In this document: positions 37,971-47,834 of the stretch, piece after piece
Layout: each line of letters opens with the position of its first letter
Numbering within the stretch: position 1 is the first letter of the stretch
NCBI GenBank assembly: GCA_049522015.1
Contig: JBEKOG010000024.1
Location: 5,291 to 69,290, forward strand
DNA length: 64,000 nucleotides
Reading direction: 5' to 3'
Source: Verrucomicrobiota bacterium
Lineage (GTDB): Bacteria; Verrucomicrobiota; Verrucomicrobiia; Limisphaerales; UBA11358
Translations under genes and position numbers: made by a program
Notes under the pieces: generated by a model
Told to the model about the DNA's origin: nothing
Database searches by the model: none
What the model saw: the letters and a program-made list of their open reading frames with translations, nothing else

Positions 37971-40513
37971 ACAAACAAACATCTGTCAGAAAGCCGATCT
38001 ATTGTCAATTAACTACGGATGTTGAAGGCTTCGATTCCCTGGCGGAGTTGGCCTTGGATATGCGCTGGTCGTGGAATCATTGCGCCGACGAAGTGTGGCG
38101 GCAGCTTGATCCGGCGCTGTGGGAGTTCACTCAAAACCCCTGGGTGGTCCTGCAGACTGTCTCGAAGGACAAACTCCAGCGTGTGCTGGCCGATCCTGCC
38201 TTTCGCAAGAACATTGATGACCTGCTGCGAGCCAAGCGTCAGGCGGCGGAGGCGCCCGTGTGGTTTCAAAAAAATCATCCGCAGTCGCCTTTGAAGTGTG
38301 TCGCGTATTTCAGCATGGAATATATGTTGAGCGAAGCGCTGCCCATTTACTCCGGTGGTCTCGGCAATGTGGCCGGCGATCAGCTCAAAGCCGCCAGCGA
38401 CCTGGGCGTGCCGGTGGTCGGTGTGGGGCTGCTTTACCAACAAGGCTATTTTCGCCAGGTGATTGACAAGGACGGAGCGCAACAAGCTCTTTACCCATAC
38501 AACGACCCCGGCCAGTTGCCAATCACGCCTTTGCGCCAGGCGAATGGCGAATGGTTGCGGTTGGAGATCGCCGCACCCGGATACTCGGTCTGGCTGCGCG
38601 CCTGGCAGGTTCAGGTCGGTCGGGTGAAACTTTACCTGCTGGACAGCAATGACGCGGCGAACTTTCCTGCTCATCGCGGGATTACCAGCGAGTTGTATGG
38701 CGGCGGACCGGAGTTGCGCCTTTTGCAGGAAATGCTGCTTGGGATTGGCGGCTGGCGGCTGCTCGCCGCACTCGGCATCAAGCCGGATGTCTGTCACTTG
38801 AATGAAGGTCATGCGGCCTTTGCGGTGTTGGAGCGAGCCCGTAGTTTTATGCAAGAGAACGCGCAGCCTTTTGAAGTGGCGCTGGCCGCCACGCGGGCGG
38901 GGAATCTCTTTACCACGCACACGGCGGTGGCCGCCGGGTTTGACCGTTTCACTCCGGCGCTCATCGAACAATACCTCGGTGGTTATGCCACGCAGAAACT
39001 AGGCATAACTCTCCACGATTTATTAGCCTTAGGCCGCCAGAATCCGAACGACTCGTCGGAGAGTTTCAATATGGCCTATCTGGCCATCCGCGGCAGCGGG
39101 GCGGTGAATGGCGTGAGTCGCTTGCATGGAAAAGTTAGCCGGCATCTTTTTGAGCCTCTTTTTCCCAACTGGCCGGCGGACGAAGTGCCCGTCGGCCACG
39201 TGACCAACGGAATCCACATGCCGACGTGGGACTCAGCAGCCGCCGACGATCTTTGGACCAAGGCTTGTGGCAAAGACCGCTGGCTGGGGACAACGGAAAC
39301 CTTGGAGCAGGACATTCGCCGCGTCTCCGACGACAGCCTTTGGGAATTTCGCATCGCTACCAGCAAATCTCTTGTTGAATACGCTCGCGAGCGCCTGGCC
39401 CGGCACTATGCTGCCGCCGGCGCGTCGCCCGAGACGGTTGAGGAGGCGAAACATCTGTTTGATCCCAACGCATTGACACTGGGCTTTGCGCGGCGCTTCG
39501 CGACCTATAAGCGGCCAAATCTGCTGCTGCACGACCCGGAGCGGCTGCTACGTTTGTTATCCAATCCGCAGCGACCGGTGCAACTCATCCTTGCGGGCAA
39601 GGCTCATCCGGCGGACTTGGCGGGACAAGCCCTGATCCAGAAATGGATTCAATTCATTCGCCAACCGGCGGTTCGTCCTCATGCAATTTTTCTAAGTGAC
39701 TATGACATGCACTTGACCGAACGTCTGGTGCAGGGTGTGGATGTCTGGATCAACACGCCCCGGCGGCCCTGGGAGGCCTGCGGCACGAGCGGCATGAAGG
39801 TGCTGGTCAACGGCGGCATCAATCTTTCGGAATTGGACGGCTGGTGGGCCGAAGCGTTTGTCCCGGATTTGGGCTGGGCGCTGGGCGACGGTCAGGAGCA
39901 TGGCAGCGATCCGGCCTGGGACGCGGCGGAAGCCGAGACGCTCTACGAACGGCTCGAACGCGAGGTGATCCCTGAGTTCTATAACCGCAACGAGAAAGGC
40001 ATTCCCACGGCTTGGGTCGCGCGAATGCGGGAAAGCATGGCGCGTTTGACTCCGCGTTTTTCCGCCGACCGCACCGTGCGCGAATACACCGAGCAACATT
40101 ATCTCCCGGCGGCTGCCGCCTACCTTTCGCGCGTTGCCAACAAAGGCGCAATCGGCAAGCAAATGGTGGACTGGCGTCACAGCGTGGAACAGAAATGGGC
40201 CACACTGCACTTCGGCACCGTGAAGGTGGAGACTCGTGACGGGAAACACATCATTGAAGTTCAAGTTAGTCTTCATGGCCTCGACCCCAAGGCGGTGCGG
40301 GTGGAGCTTTATGCCGACGGAATCAAGGGCAGTCCGCCCGTGCGACAGGAGATGACCTGCCTTCATCCATTGGCCGACGAATCAGGCGGCTACGTTTACA
40401 GCGCGACTGTGTCTGCGGCACGGCCACCAATTGACTATACGGCGCGAGTAATGCCGCGCTGCGAAGGCGTTGCAATCCCGCTGGAAGACCCACGAATCCT
40501 CTGGCAACGATGA
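37967..40513 (+). CDS. glgP: Alpha-glucan (glycogen) phosphorylase
   Basis: YSGGLG, HLNEGHAAF, ARRFATYKR, and the PLP motif EACGTSGMK. Confidence 0.95.
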   Translation: MNKQTSVRKPIYCQLTTDVEGFDSLAELALDMRWSWNHCADEVWRQLDPALWEFTQNPWVVLQTVSKDKLQRVLADPAFRKNIDDLLRAKRQAAEAPVWFQKNHPQSPLKCVAYFSMEYMLSEALPIYSGGLGNVAGDQLKAASDLGVPVVGVGLLYQQGYFRQVIDKDGAQQALYPYNDPGQLPITPLRQANGEWLRLEIAAPGYSVWLRAWQVQVGRVKLYLLDSNDAANFPAHRGITSELYGGGPELRLLQEMLLGIGGWRLLAALGIKPDVCHLNEGHAAFAVLERARSFMQENAQPFEVALAATRAGNLFTTHTAVAAGFDRFTPALIEQYLGGYATQKLGITLHDLLALGRQNPNDSSESFNMAYLAIRGSGAVNGVSRLHGKVSRHLFEPLFPNWPADEVPVGHVTNGIHMPTWDSAAADDLWTKACGKDRWLGTTETLEQDIRRVSDDSLWEFRIATSKSLVEYARERLARHYAAAGASPETVEEAKHLFDPNALTLGFARRFATYKRPNLLLHDPERLLRLLSNPQRPVQLILAGKAHPADLAGQALIQKWIQFIRQPAVRPHAIFLSDYDMHLTERLVQGVDVWINTPRRPWEACGTSGMKVLVNGGINLSELDGWWAEAFVPDLGWALGDGQEHGSDPAWDAAEAETLYERLEREVIPEFYNRNEKGIPTAWVARMRESMARLTPRFSADRTVREYTEQHYLPAAAAYLSRVANKGAIGKQMVDWRHSVEQKWATLHFGTVKVETRDGKHIIEVQVSLHGLDPKAVRVELYADGIKGSPPVRQEMTCLHPLADESGGYVYSATVSAARPPIDYTARVMPRCEGVAIPLEDPRILWQR

Positions 40514-40736
40514 TGAAATTGCAAAGCCAAAGAGACAGCCTGTAGAAGTTGCCAGCAACCTGACGAACGAACAAATTCGCGCATTGCTGGAAAAGGATTT
40601 GTCGAAGGATGAACTGAAAGCCATTGCCGCGCAGAGAGCAATTTCAATTGGGGAATTGAATCGCGAGGAAATCAAGCGAAGCATATTGAAAAAATTGGAG
40701 CGCCAAGAAAGCTATGGACGGCTTGCAAATCCATAA
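40514..40736 (+). pseudogene. AT-richer start-less fragment of an unknown helical protein
   Basis: Open frame (...LSKDELKAIAAQRAISIG...) fused behind the glgP stop, with different base composition. Confidence 0.35.
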
Positions 40737-40951
40737 AGAGTCAGTCTCAAGAAATGAAACAATTTTTCTGCGCCGTGTTGTTGCCATAATTTTCATCCGT
40801 GTCTCATCCGTGGCTAAAAATTAATTCATTCTGCCTTCGCCTCACGGCCCAAGCAGTTCATCAAAGTTTTTCTGGATGGCGGTTCGCTGGTTTTTTCCCC
40901 GGCCCCGGCTTCGCCCTTGTCAAAATTCATTTTGTAAGCGAGACTTGCCCC

Positions 40952-41185
40952 ATGCCGATAACGCTTGATCAAATTGTCGAAGAAACCCGCGAGATGCCGG
41001 GCGAGGTCGTGGCGGAACTGGTTGACCGCATCATGGTCGCGCGACACGGCGGCATTGAGCCGTCCGTGGCTGAATCGTGGAAAGCCGAAACTGACCGCCG
41101 GATCGCGGAAATCGAATCGGGGAAAGTCAAAGGTGTTCCGCTGGAAGAATCGCTGGCGCGCGCGCGCAAAATCGCCGGGCTGTGA
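40952..41185 (+). CDS. Addiction-module antitoxin (TIGR02574-like)
   Basis: 77 aa, SWKAETDRRIAEIESGKVKGVP; its stop overlaps the toxin GTG start. Confidence 0.85.
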   Translation: MPITLDQIVEETREMPGEVVAELVDRIMVARHGGIEPSVAESWKAETDRRIAEIESGKVKGVPLEESLARARKIAGL

Positions 41186-41475
41186 ATCATCTGCTGCATC
41201 CCGAAGCGGACGAGGAATTTGCCGGGGCGGTTCGTTATTATTCCGAGATTTCGCCTGAACTCGGCGTGCGCTTTTACCGGGAGATGGAGCGGTTGTTTCG
41301 CGAAGTTTGTGCCGACCCGGAACGCTTCCGCAAATTTGATCCGCCCGCGCGCCGGCATTTCAGCCGCGATTTTCCTTACGCGATTATCTTCATGGAAAAA
41401 CCGGAACACCTCTGGATTGTAGCCGTGATGCACATGAAACGGAGTCCCGGTTATTGGCGCGGGCGGCTGACCTGA
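41182..41475 (+). CDS. RelE/ParE-family toxin
   Basis: HPEADEEF..AVRYY...LG.RF, FPYAIIF, IVAVMHMKRSPGYW. Confidence 0.88.
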   Translation: MNHLLHPEADEEFAGAVRYYSEISPELGVRFYREMERLFREVCADPERFRKFDPPARRHFSRDFPYAIIFMEKPEHLWIVAVMHMKRSPGYWRGRLT

Positions 41476-41592
41476 TTTTTCACGCCAGATTTCATTCTGC
41501 ATTCTGCATACTAAATTCCATCTTCGCCTCCCGGCCCCGGCTCCGTAGGTGATAGCCACGCATGGCGCAGCACGTCCCGCCATCATTCACGG

Positions 41593-41611
41593 TAGGGTTT
41601 CACCCCATAGC
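41593..41611 (+). promoter_or_regulatory. Motif copy TAGGGTTTCACCCCATAGC upstream of DUF1737-HAD-ackA-tal-pgi
   Basis: CATGCT lies 19 bp after ATAGCG. Confidence 0.65.
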
Positions 41612-41753
41612 GAACGCTCCGTTGTTCAATTCATGCTCACCGCATGAAACAAAATAAAATTTCCCGGAACCAAAATCAAAAACCGCCCGGCGCACCACCT
41701 GGTTGCCGGTGATTTTGATTCAGGCCCGGCGCGATTATTTTGGATCGCATAAC

Positions 41754-41954
41754 ATGAAACCTCCTATCGAATACATAATCGTCGCGGTGCCTTTTCACGC
41801 CGATGCCGCGACCCATGACGAGCTGGCGCGAAAAGTGAACGAAAAATTAAACGCCGGGTACGAACTCTATGGTTCACCGTTCCTCAGCGAGGAAATGATG
41901 TATCAGGCAATGATGAAGCCAATTCTCCAGATTTCCCAACCACCCGCCCCATGA
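41754..41954 (+). CDS. DUF1737-like small protein
   Basis: LARKVNEKLNAGYELYGSP...YQAM; 66 aa. Confidence 0.75.
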   Translation: MKPPIEYIIVAVPFHADAATHDELARKVNEKLNAGYELYGSPFLSEEMMYQAMMKPILQISQPPAP

Positions 41955-42598
41955 AAAAAACCATCCCGATCACAACCTTGTTCCTGGACATCGGCGGGGT
42001 TCTGCTCACCGACGGGTGGGATCATCTTGCCCGCCGGCGGGCGGCGAAGCACTTCAAGTTGAACTGGGCCGAAATGGAGGAGCGGCATAGCCTGACCTTC
42101 GACACCTACGAGGAGGGAAAGCTCACGCTGGAAGAATATTTAGGTCGGGTGGTCTTCCACCAAAAGCGACCGTTCACCCAGGCTCAGTTTCGGCGCTTCA
42201 TGTTCGCGCAATCGAAACCTTATTCCGAGATGATCGAGTTGGTCCGCAAGCTCAAGGCAAAGTACGGATTGAAGATCGCTGTGGTCAGCAACGAAGCACG
42301 GGAATTGAATTCTCATCGGATTCGAAAGTTCAAGTTGTATGAGTTCGTAGATTTGTTCATTTCCTCCTGCTTCGTCCACGTTCGCAAGCCCGACGCGGAC
42401 ATTTTTCGGCTGGCGCTGGACATTGCCCAGGCGCCGGCGCGGCAGGTGGTCTATATCGAAAACACCCCGATGTTCGTCCAGATCGCTGAAGGTTTGGGTA
42501 TTCGAAGCATTCTTCACACGGATTACAGGTCCACGTGCGCGAAACTGGCTTCGTTGGGCTTGCAGCCTGACGAAGGAGTCATCCATGAAACCCGCTAA
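41951..42598 (+). CDS. HAD-IA family phosphatase
   Basis: FLDIGGVL, VVSN, RKPD.DIF, YIEN. Confidence 0.9.
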   Translation: MKKTIPITTLFLDIGGVLLTDGWDHLARRRAAKHFKLNWAEMEERHSLTFDTYEEGKLTLEEYLGRVVFHQKRPFTQAQFRRFMFAQSKPYSEMIELVRKLKAKYGLKIAVVSNEARELNSHRIRKFKLYEFVDLFISSCFVHVRKPDADIFRLALDIAQAPARQVVYIENTPMFVQIAEGLGIRSILHTDYRSTCAKLASLGLQPDEGVIHETR

Positions 42599-43784
42599 CC
42601 CACACATCCTGACCATCAACGGCGGCTCATCGAGCATCAAGTTCGCGCTTTACCATGTCGAAGAACCGCTGAAGCGAGGGCTTTATGGAAAGGTTGATCG
42701 CATCGGCTTGAGCGGGACAAATCTGACGTTCAATGAACCGACGAAGAAAAAGCCGGAGCGTCACAAGCTCGTCGCCGCCGATCACAAATCAGCGGCGAAT
42801 GCCCTGATAGACTGGCTGGAAAAGCAAATTGATTTCAAATCGGTAAAAGGCGTGGGACATCGCGTGGTTCATGGGATGAAACACACCGAGCCGGAGATTG
42901 TCACAAAAAAACTATTGGATGAACTGCGTCGCATCAGTCCAAACGACCCGGATCATCTGCCCCGCGAGATTGAACTGATCGAGGCGTTCCGCCAGCGTCA
43001 TCCGAAACTGCTCCAGGTGGCCTGTTTTGACACGGCGTTTCATCAAACCATGCCGCGCGTGGCCAAGTTGCTGCCGATTCCCCGCCGCTTCGATGCCAAG
43101 GGAATTCAGCGCTACGGTTTCCACGGTTTGTCCTACGCCTATCTGATGGAAGAACTCGCGCGTCTTGGCGACCTTGCGGCCACGAAGGGCCGCGTCATCC
43201 TCGCCCATCTCGGCAACGGCGCGAGTCTGGCCGCCGTGCGCGATGGCAAAAGCATTGACACCAGCATGTGCTTCACGCCGACGGCGGGATTGGTGATGAG
43301 CACCCGCTCCGGCGATTTGGACCCCGGCCTCGCGCCGTATCTGGCGCGAACCGAACAGATGACCACCAGCCAGTTTTACAAAATGGTCAACCACGAGTCG
43401 GGCCTGCTCGGCATCTCGGAAACCAGCTCGGATATGCGGGACTTGCTCGACCATGAAACGCAGGACGTGCGGGCGGCGGAAGCGGTGGCGCTATTTTGTT
43501 ACCAGGCAAAAAAGTGGATCGGCTCCTTCGCTGCCGCGCTTGGAGGATTGGAAACGCTCGTCTTCGCCGGCGGCATTGGCGAAAACGCGCCCGTCGTCCG
43601 CGCCCGCATCTGTGAAGGGTTGAACTTTCTCGGCATCGAATTAGATAAGTCGCGCAACGCGAAGACTGCGGCGGTGATTTCCAAGAATTCCAGCCGGGTC
43701 ACGGTTCGCGTCATTCGCACGGACGAAGAACTGATGATTGCCCGCTCGGTTTTGCGTTCCTGCGCAGAGACTATTGCCCAATGA
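42585..43784 (+). CDS. ackA: Acetate kinase
   Basis: INGGSSSIK, GHRVVHG, CFDTAFH, RYGFHGLS, AHLGNGAS, FAGGIGEN, TDEE. Confidence 0.95.
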   Translation: MKPANPHILTINGGSSSIKFALYHVEEPLKRGLYGKVDRIGLSGTNLTFNEPTKKKPERHKLVAADHKSAANALIDWLEKQIDFKSVKGVGHRVVHGMKHTEPEIVTKKLLDELRRISPNDPDHLPREIELIEAFRQRHPKLLQVACFDTAFHQTMPRVAKLLPIPRRFDAKGIQRYGFHGLSYAYLMEELARLGDLAATKGRVILAHLGNGASLAAVRDGKSIDTSMCFTPTAGLVMSTRSGDLDPGLAPYLARTEQMTTSQFYKMVNHESGLLGISETSSDMRDLLDHETQDVRAAEAVALFCYQAKKWIGSFAAALGGLETLVFAGGIGENAPVVRARICEGLNFLGIELDKSRNAKTAAVISKNSSRVTVRVIRTDEELMIARSVLRSCAETIAQ

Positions 43785-43796
43785 ACATTGAACATT

Positions 43797-44879
43797 ATGA
43801 AAGCCACCCAAACACTGCACGACCTAGGCCAGAGCCTCTGGCTCGACAACATCACCCGCGACCTGCTGAACAGCGGCACGCTCAAACGCTACATTGGCGA
43901 GTTGTCGGTGACCGGGCTGACCTCAAACCCGACAATCTTTGATCACGCCATCAAGAGTTCCGCCTACGACGCTGCGATCCGCGAGGGTCTGGACAAGGGG
44001 AAATCCGGCGAGAGCCTGTTTTTCGATCTGGCACTGGACGATCTCACCCGCGCCGCCGACCTGTTCCGACCGGTTCACGACCGCACGAACGGTGTGGACG
44101 GATGGGTGTCGCTGGAGGTGTCGCCATTGCTGGCGCATGACACGGCCAGCACCATCGCCGCTGCCAAGAAACTTTCCGCGCGGGCCGGACGGCCCAACCT
44201 GTTCATCAAGATTCCGGGCACCAAGGAAGGTCTGCCCGCCATCGAGGAGGCGATCTTTGCGGGTGTGCCGGTCAACGTGACGCTCCTGTTTTCGCGCGAG
44301 CAATACATGGCGGCGGCCGCGGCGTACTTGCGCGGCATCGAACGGCGCATTGCCGCCGGACTCAATCCCCAGGTCGGTTCTGTGGCTTCGATGTTCATCA
44401 GCCGTTGGGACGTTGCCGTGGCGGGCAATGTTCCGAAGACGTTGGACAACCGGCTCGGCATCGCCATTGCCGGTCGCATCTACCAGGCATACCTCGAACT
44501 GTTGAGCAACCCGCGCTGGCAGCGCGCGTATAATGCCGGTGCCCGGCCGCAACGACTGCTGTGGGCCAGCACCGGCACCAAGGACACCAAAGCGTCCGAT
44601 GTTCTCTACATTAAGGCGCTGGCCGCCCCGTTCACGGTGAACACGATGCCCGAGGCGACGTTGAAAGCTCTCGCGGATCATGGCGAACTTGGCCTGATCA
44701 TGGCGCCGGACGGCGGCGATTGCGAAAAAGTCCTGGCCGAGTTTGCGAAGGCCGGCATCAACGTGGACAGTCTGGCCGCGCAACTTCAGGACGAGGGCGC
44801 GAAGTCGTTTGTGAAATCCTGGAACGAATTGCTGGCGGTGATCGCATCCAAGAGCGACGCGCTCAAAAAAGCCGCCTGA
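43797..44879 (+). CDS. tal: Transaldolase
   Basis: [48 protein letters not shown]. Confidence 0.95.
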   Translation: MKATQTLHDLGQSLWLDNITRDLLNSGTLKRYIGELSVTGLTSNPTIFDHAIKSSAYDAAIREGLDKGKSGESLFFDLALDDLTRAADLFRPVHDRTNGVDGWVSLEVSPLLAHDTASTIAAAKKLSARAGRPNLFIKIPGTKEGLPAIEEAIFAGVPVNVTLLFSREQYMAAAAAYLRGIERRIAAGLNPQVGSVASMFISRWDVAVAGNVPKTLDNRLGIAIAGRIYQAYLELLSNPRWQRAYNAGARPQRLLWASTGTKDTKASDVLYIKALAAPFTVNTMPEATLKALADHGELGLIMAPDGGDCEKVLAEFAKAGINVDSLAAQLQDEGAKSFVKSWNELLAVIASKSDALKKAA

Positions 44880-44908
44880 CCCGGGAGTGGAAAAAAAGTA
44901 TCACGAGT

Positions 44909-46552
44909 ATGACAACCAACATCAAATCACTCACCCAACGCCCGGCGTGGAAGGCCCTCGCCGCCCACCACAAGAAGATCCAAAAAAAGCATCTCCGACA
45001 GCTTTTCGCCGCCGACCCCCAACGCGGCGAACGCCTGACGGTCGAGGCGGCGGGCCTCTATCTGGATTATTCGAAGAATCGCATCACCGACCGGACCCTC
45101 AAACTGCTCGTCCAGTTGGCCAAGGAATCCGATTTGAGCGGGCGGATCGCAGCCATGTTCAGTGGCGAGAAAATCAACGTCACGGAAAACCGCGCCGTCT
45201 TGCACGTCGCTTTGCGCGCACCGAAAGGGGCAAGCATCCTCGTGGATGGAATGAACGTCGTGCCGGAAGTTCACGCCGTGCTCGACAAAATGGCGGAATT
45301 TTCCAATCGCGTCCGCAACGGCGAATGGAAAGGACATACCGGCAAACGCATCAAGAACGTCATCAATATCGGCATCGGCGGTTCCGACCTTGGTCCCGTG
45401 ATGGCCTACGAGGCGCTCAAACATTACAGCGAGCGCAGCCTGACGTTCCGCTTCGTGTCGAACGTGGATGGCATTGATTTCGTGGAGGCGACCCATGACC
45501 TCGACCCGGCGGAAACGCTGTTCATCGTTTCGTCAAAAACCTTCACGACGCTGGAGACGATGACCAACGCGCAAAGCGCGCGTGACTGGTTGCTCAAAGG
45601 ACTTGGTGGCGACGCCAAGGCCGTGGCCAGACATTTCGTGGCGGTGTCAACTAACTCCGAGAAAGTGTCCGCGTTCGGTATTGATACGGCCAACATGTTT
45701 GGCTTCTGGGACTGGGTCGGCGGACGCTACTCGATGGATTCGGCCATCGGTCTTTCTACGATGCTGGCCATCGGGCCGGACAACTTCCGCGCCCTGCTCG
45801 CCGGCTTTCACGAGATGGACGAACATTTCCGCACCGCGCCGTTCGAGAAAAACCTGCCGGTGCTAATGGGACTCCTGTCGGTTTGGAATAACGACTTTTT
45901 CGGCGCGCAAACGGTGGCGGTTTTGCCCTACGAACAATACCTGAAACGCTTTCCCGCGTATCTTCAGCAGTTGACGATGGAGAGCAACGGCAAGCACGTC
46001 ACGCTCGACGGGAAAAAGGTGAATTACCAGACCAGCCCGATCTACTGGGGCGAACCGGGGACCAACGGCCAGCATTCCTTCTACCAGTTGATTCATCAGG
46101 GCACGCGGCTGATTCCCTGTGACTTCATTGCGTTCGCGCACGCGCTCACTCCGCTGGGACGTCACCACGACATTCTCCTGGCGAATGTTTTTGCGCAGGC
46201 CGAGGCGCTGGCCTTTGGCAAAACTCCGGAGGAAGTCAAAGCCGAAGGCACGCCGAACTGGCTTGTGCCACATCGCGTTTTTGAAGGCAATCGTCCGTCC
46301 AATGTCATTCTCGCCGACCGGCTCACGCCGGAAGTGCTCGGCAAGCTGGTCGCGCTTTACGAGCACAGCGTATTCACGCAGGGCGCGATTTGGAACATTG
46401 ATTCGTTCGATCAATGGGGCGTCGAGTTGGGCAAGGTGCTCGCCCAGCGAATCGTTCCCGAACTTGAGAGCGCGACCACACCCAGGCTCAAACACGACAG
46501 TTCGACAAATAACCTGATCCGCCGTTATCGAAAATTGAAAGGGGCGAAATGA
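44909..46552 (+). CDS. pgi: Glucose-6-phosphate isomerase
   Basis: [40 protein letters not shown]. Confidence 0.96.
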   Translation: MTTNIKSLTQRPAWKALAAHHKKIQKKHLRQLFAADPQRGERLTVEAAGLYLDYSKNRITDRTLKLLVQLAKESDLSGRIAAMFSGEKINVTENRAVLHVALRAPKGASILVDGMNVVPEVHAVLDKMAEFSNRVRNGEWKGHTGKRIKNVINIGIGGSDLGPVMAYEALKHYSERSLTFRFVSNVDGIDFVEATHDLDPAETLFIVSSKTFTTLETMTNAQSARDWLLKGLGGDAKAVARHFVAVSTNSEKVSAFGIDTANMFGFWDWVGGRYSMDSAIGLSTMLAIGPDNFRALLAGFHEMDEHFRTAPFEKNLPVLMGLLSVWNNDFFGAQTVAVLPYEQYLKRFPAYLQQLTMESNGKHVTLDGKKVNYQTSPIYWGEPGTNGQHSFYQLIHQGTRLIPCDFIAFAHALTPLGRHHDILLANVFAQAEALAFGKTPEEVKAEGTPNWLVPHRVFEGNRPSNVILADRLTPEVLGKLVALYEHSVFTQGAIWNIDSFDQWGVELGKVLAQRIVPELESATTPRLKHDSSTNNLIRRYRKLKGAK

Positions 46553-46606
46553 AAAACTCCCGGCTGGATCTGTTTTCGGTGGGCGGTGTCCCCCCATAAT
46601 CCATGT

Positions 46607-46625
46607 CCGGGTTATACCCCATAGC
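46607..46625 (+). promoter_or_regulatory. Motif copy CCGGGTTATACCCCATAGC upstream of the PRC-barrel gene and xfp run
   Basis: CAATTT lies 18 bp after ATAGCA. Confidence 0.65.
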
Positions 46626-46761
46626 AAAGTCGCCCCCGCCGGCGCAATTTGAGTGAGTGTTGGCACCCGCGCAGATCGCGGCGCAACTGATTTGTCAAAC
46701 ACGCTGTCAACCGGACGCCAACAGCGAACAAAAACGAAACTCAAAGAACGAAAGAACTATT

Positions 46762-47520
46762 ATGTTAAGCAAAGCCAAAACACTAACAGGTTACAAATTG
46801 CACAGCCTTGACGGGGAAATAGGGAAGGTCAAAGAATTCTACTTCGATGACCGGCACTGGACCATTCGCTATCTGGTCGCAGAAACAGGAACCTGGCTCG
46901 CGGACAGGCAGGTGCTGATTTCCCCGTATGCGCTGGTCACCGTGAATAAAGAAGAAAAAAACATCGCCATTGATTTAACCAAAAAGCAGATCGAGCACAG
47001 TCCATCCTTGGACAGTGACAAGCCCGTCTCACGACAATTCGAGGAGTCCTATTACGGGTATTATGGATACCCGATGTATTGGGGCGGCCCATACAATTGG
47101 GGAGCTTATCCCTACATTGTGCGTGACCGTAAAAATTGGAGAAAATCAAACCAAGGTGGGAAAGCGTGGGATCCCCATTTGCGCAGCACTTACGGTGTGA
47201 GTGGCCATCACATCCAAGCCTTGGACGGCGGGATTGGCCACGTCCAGGATTTTATCATTGATGACGAGACGTGGGCGATTCGTTATCTCATCGTTGATAC
47301 CCATAACTGGTTGCCGGGAAAGCGGGTCCTGGTTTCACCGCAATGGATCGAGCGCGTTAGTTGGGGCGAGAGAAAAGTCTTCGTCAATCTTTCGCGCGAG
47401 ACCATCAAGCAGTCACCGGAATACACGGAGGAGTCTCTGCTAACCCGGGATTATGAGATCGGACTGCATCGCCATTACAATCGTCAGGGATACTGGGTTG
47501 ATGAACTGGTGGCCAAGTAG
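46762..47520 (+). CDS. Tandem PRC-barrel domain protein
   Basis: Two DG.IG.V.DF..DD..W.IRYL...WL....VL.SP repeats. Confidence 0.9.
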   Translation: MLSKAKTLTGYKLHSLDGEIGKVKEFYFDDRHWTIRYLVAETGTWLADRQVLISPYALVTVNKEEKNIAIDLTKKQIEHSPSLDSDKPVSRQFEESYYGYYGYPMYWGGPYNWGAYPYIVRDRKNWRKSNQGGKAWDPHLRSTYGVSGHHIQALDGGIGHVQDFIIDDETWAIRYLIVDTHNWLPGKRVLVSPQWIERVSWGERKVFVNLSRETIKQSPEYTEESLLTRDYEIGLHRHYNRQGYWVDELVAK

Positions 47521-47613
47521 CCTTCCGATTGACACGCTGCCTCCGCTCACATTCTGGATTGCCCGGTGGTGAGCTGGTCGCAGCGCAACGAAAAGTGCTT
47601 TATGAGGAATCTG

Positions 47614-47736
47614 ATGAATCATACAGACGGATGGGGGGGTAGCTGGACGGGAGGATGGATGTGGATGTGGGCGCTGATCATCGTTCTGGTGGTACTCCTG
47701 CTGGCCGCCGTGATTAACAGGCGGTCCAGGAAATAA
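47614..47736 (+). CDS. 40-aa single-TM peptide with a G/W/M-rich N-terminus
   Basis: GAGG RBS; MNHTDGWGGSWTGGWMWMWALIIVLVVLLLAAVINRRSRK. Confidence 0.6.
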   Translation: MNHTDGWGGSWTGGWMWMWALIIVLVVLLLAAVINRRSRK

Positions 47737-47792
47737 TCGTGCGTTCACGACCCGTCCGTGAAGTGAACTGAATTGATATGGCCATCGCTCCC

Positions 47793-47831
47793 ATCGGCAA
47801 CGCCTTGCGGCTGCGGAAAGTGAAACTCTGA
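47793..47831 (+). pseudogene. Extreme 3' end of a CopA-type P1B ATPase
   Basis: IGNALRLRKVKL-stop, the typical (SVSV)IGNALRL terminus; only 12 residues. Confidence 0.45.
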
Positions 47832-47834
47832 TTT

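Noticed and set aside
43262-43285. AckA has SMCFTP where SMGFTP is typical
   Set aside because: A single substitution with all other motifs intact; its effect cannot be judged by eye.
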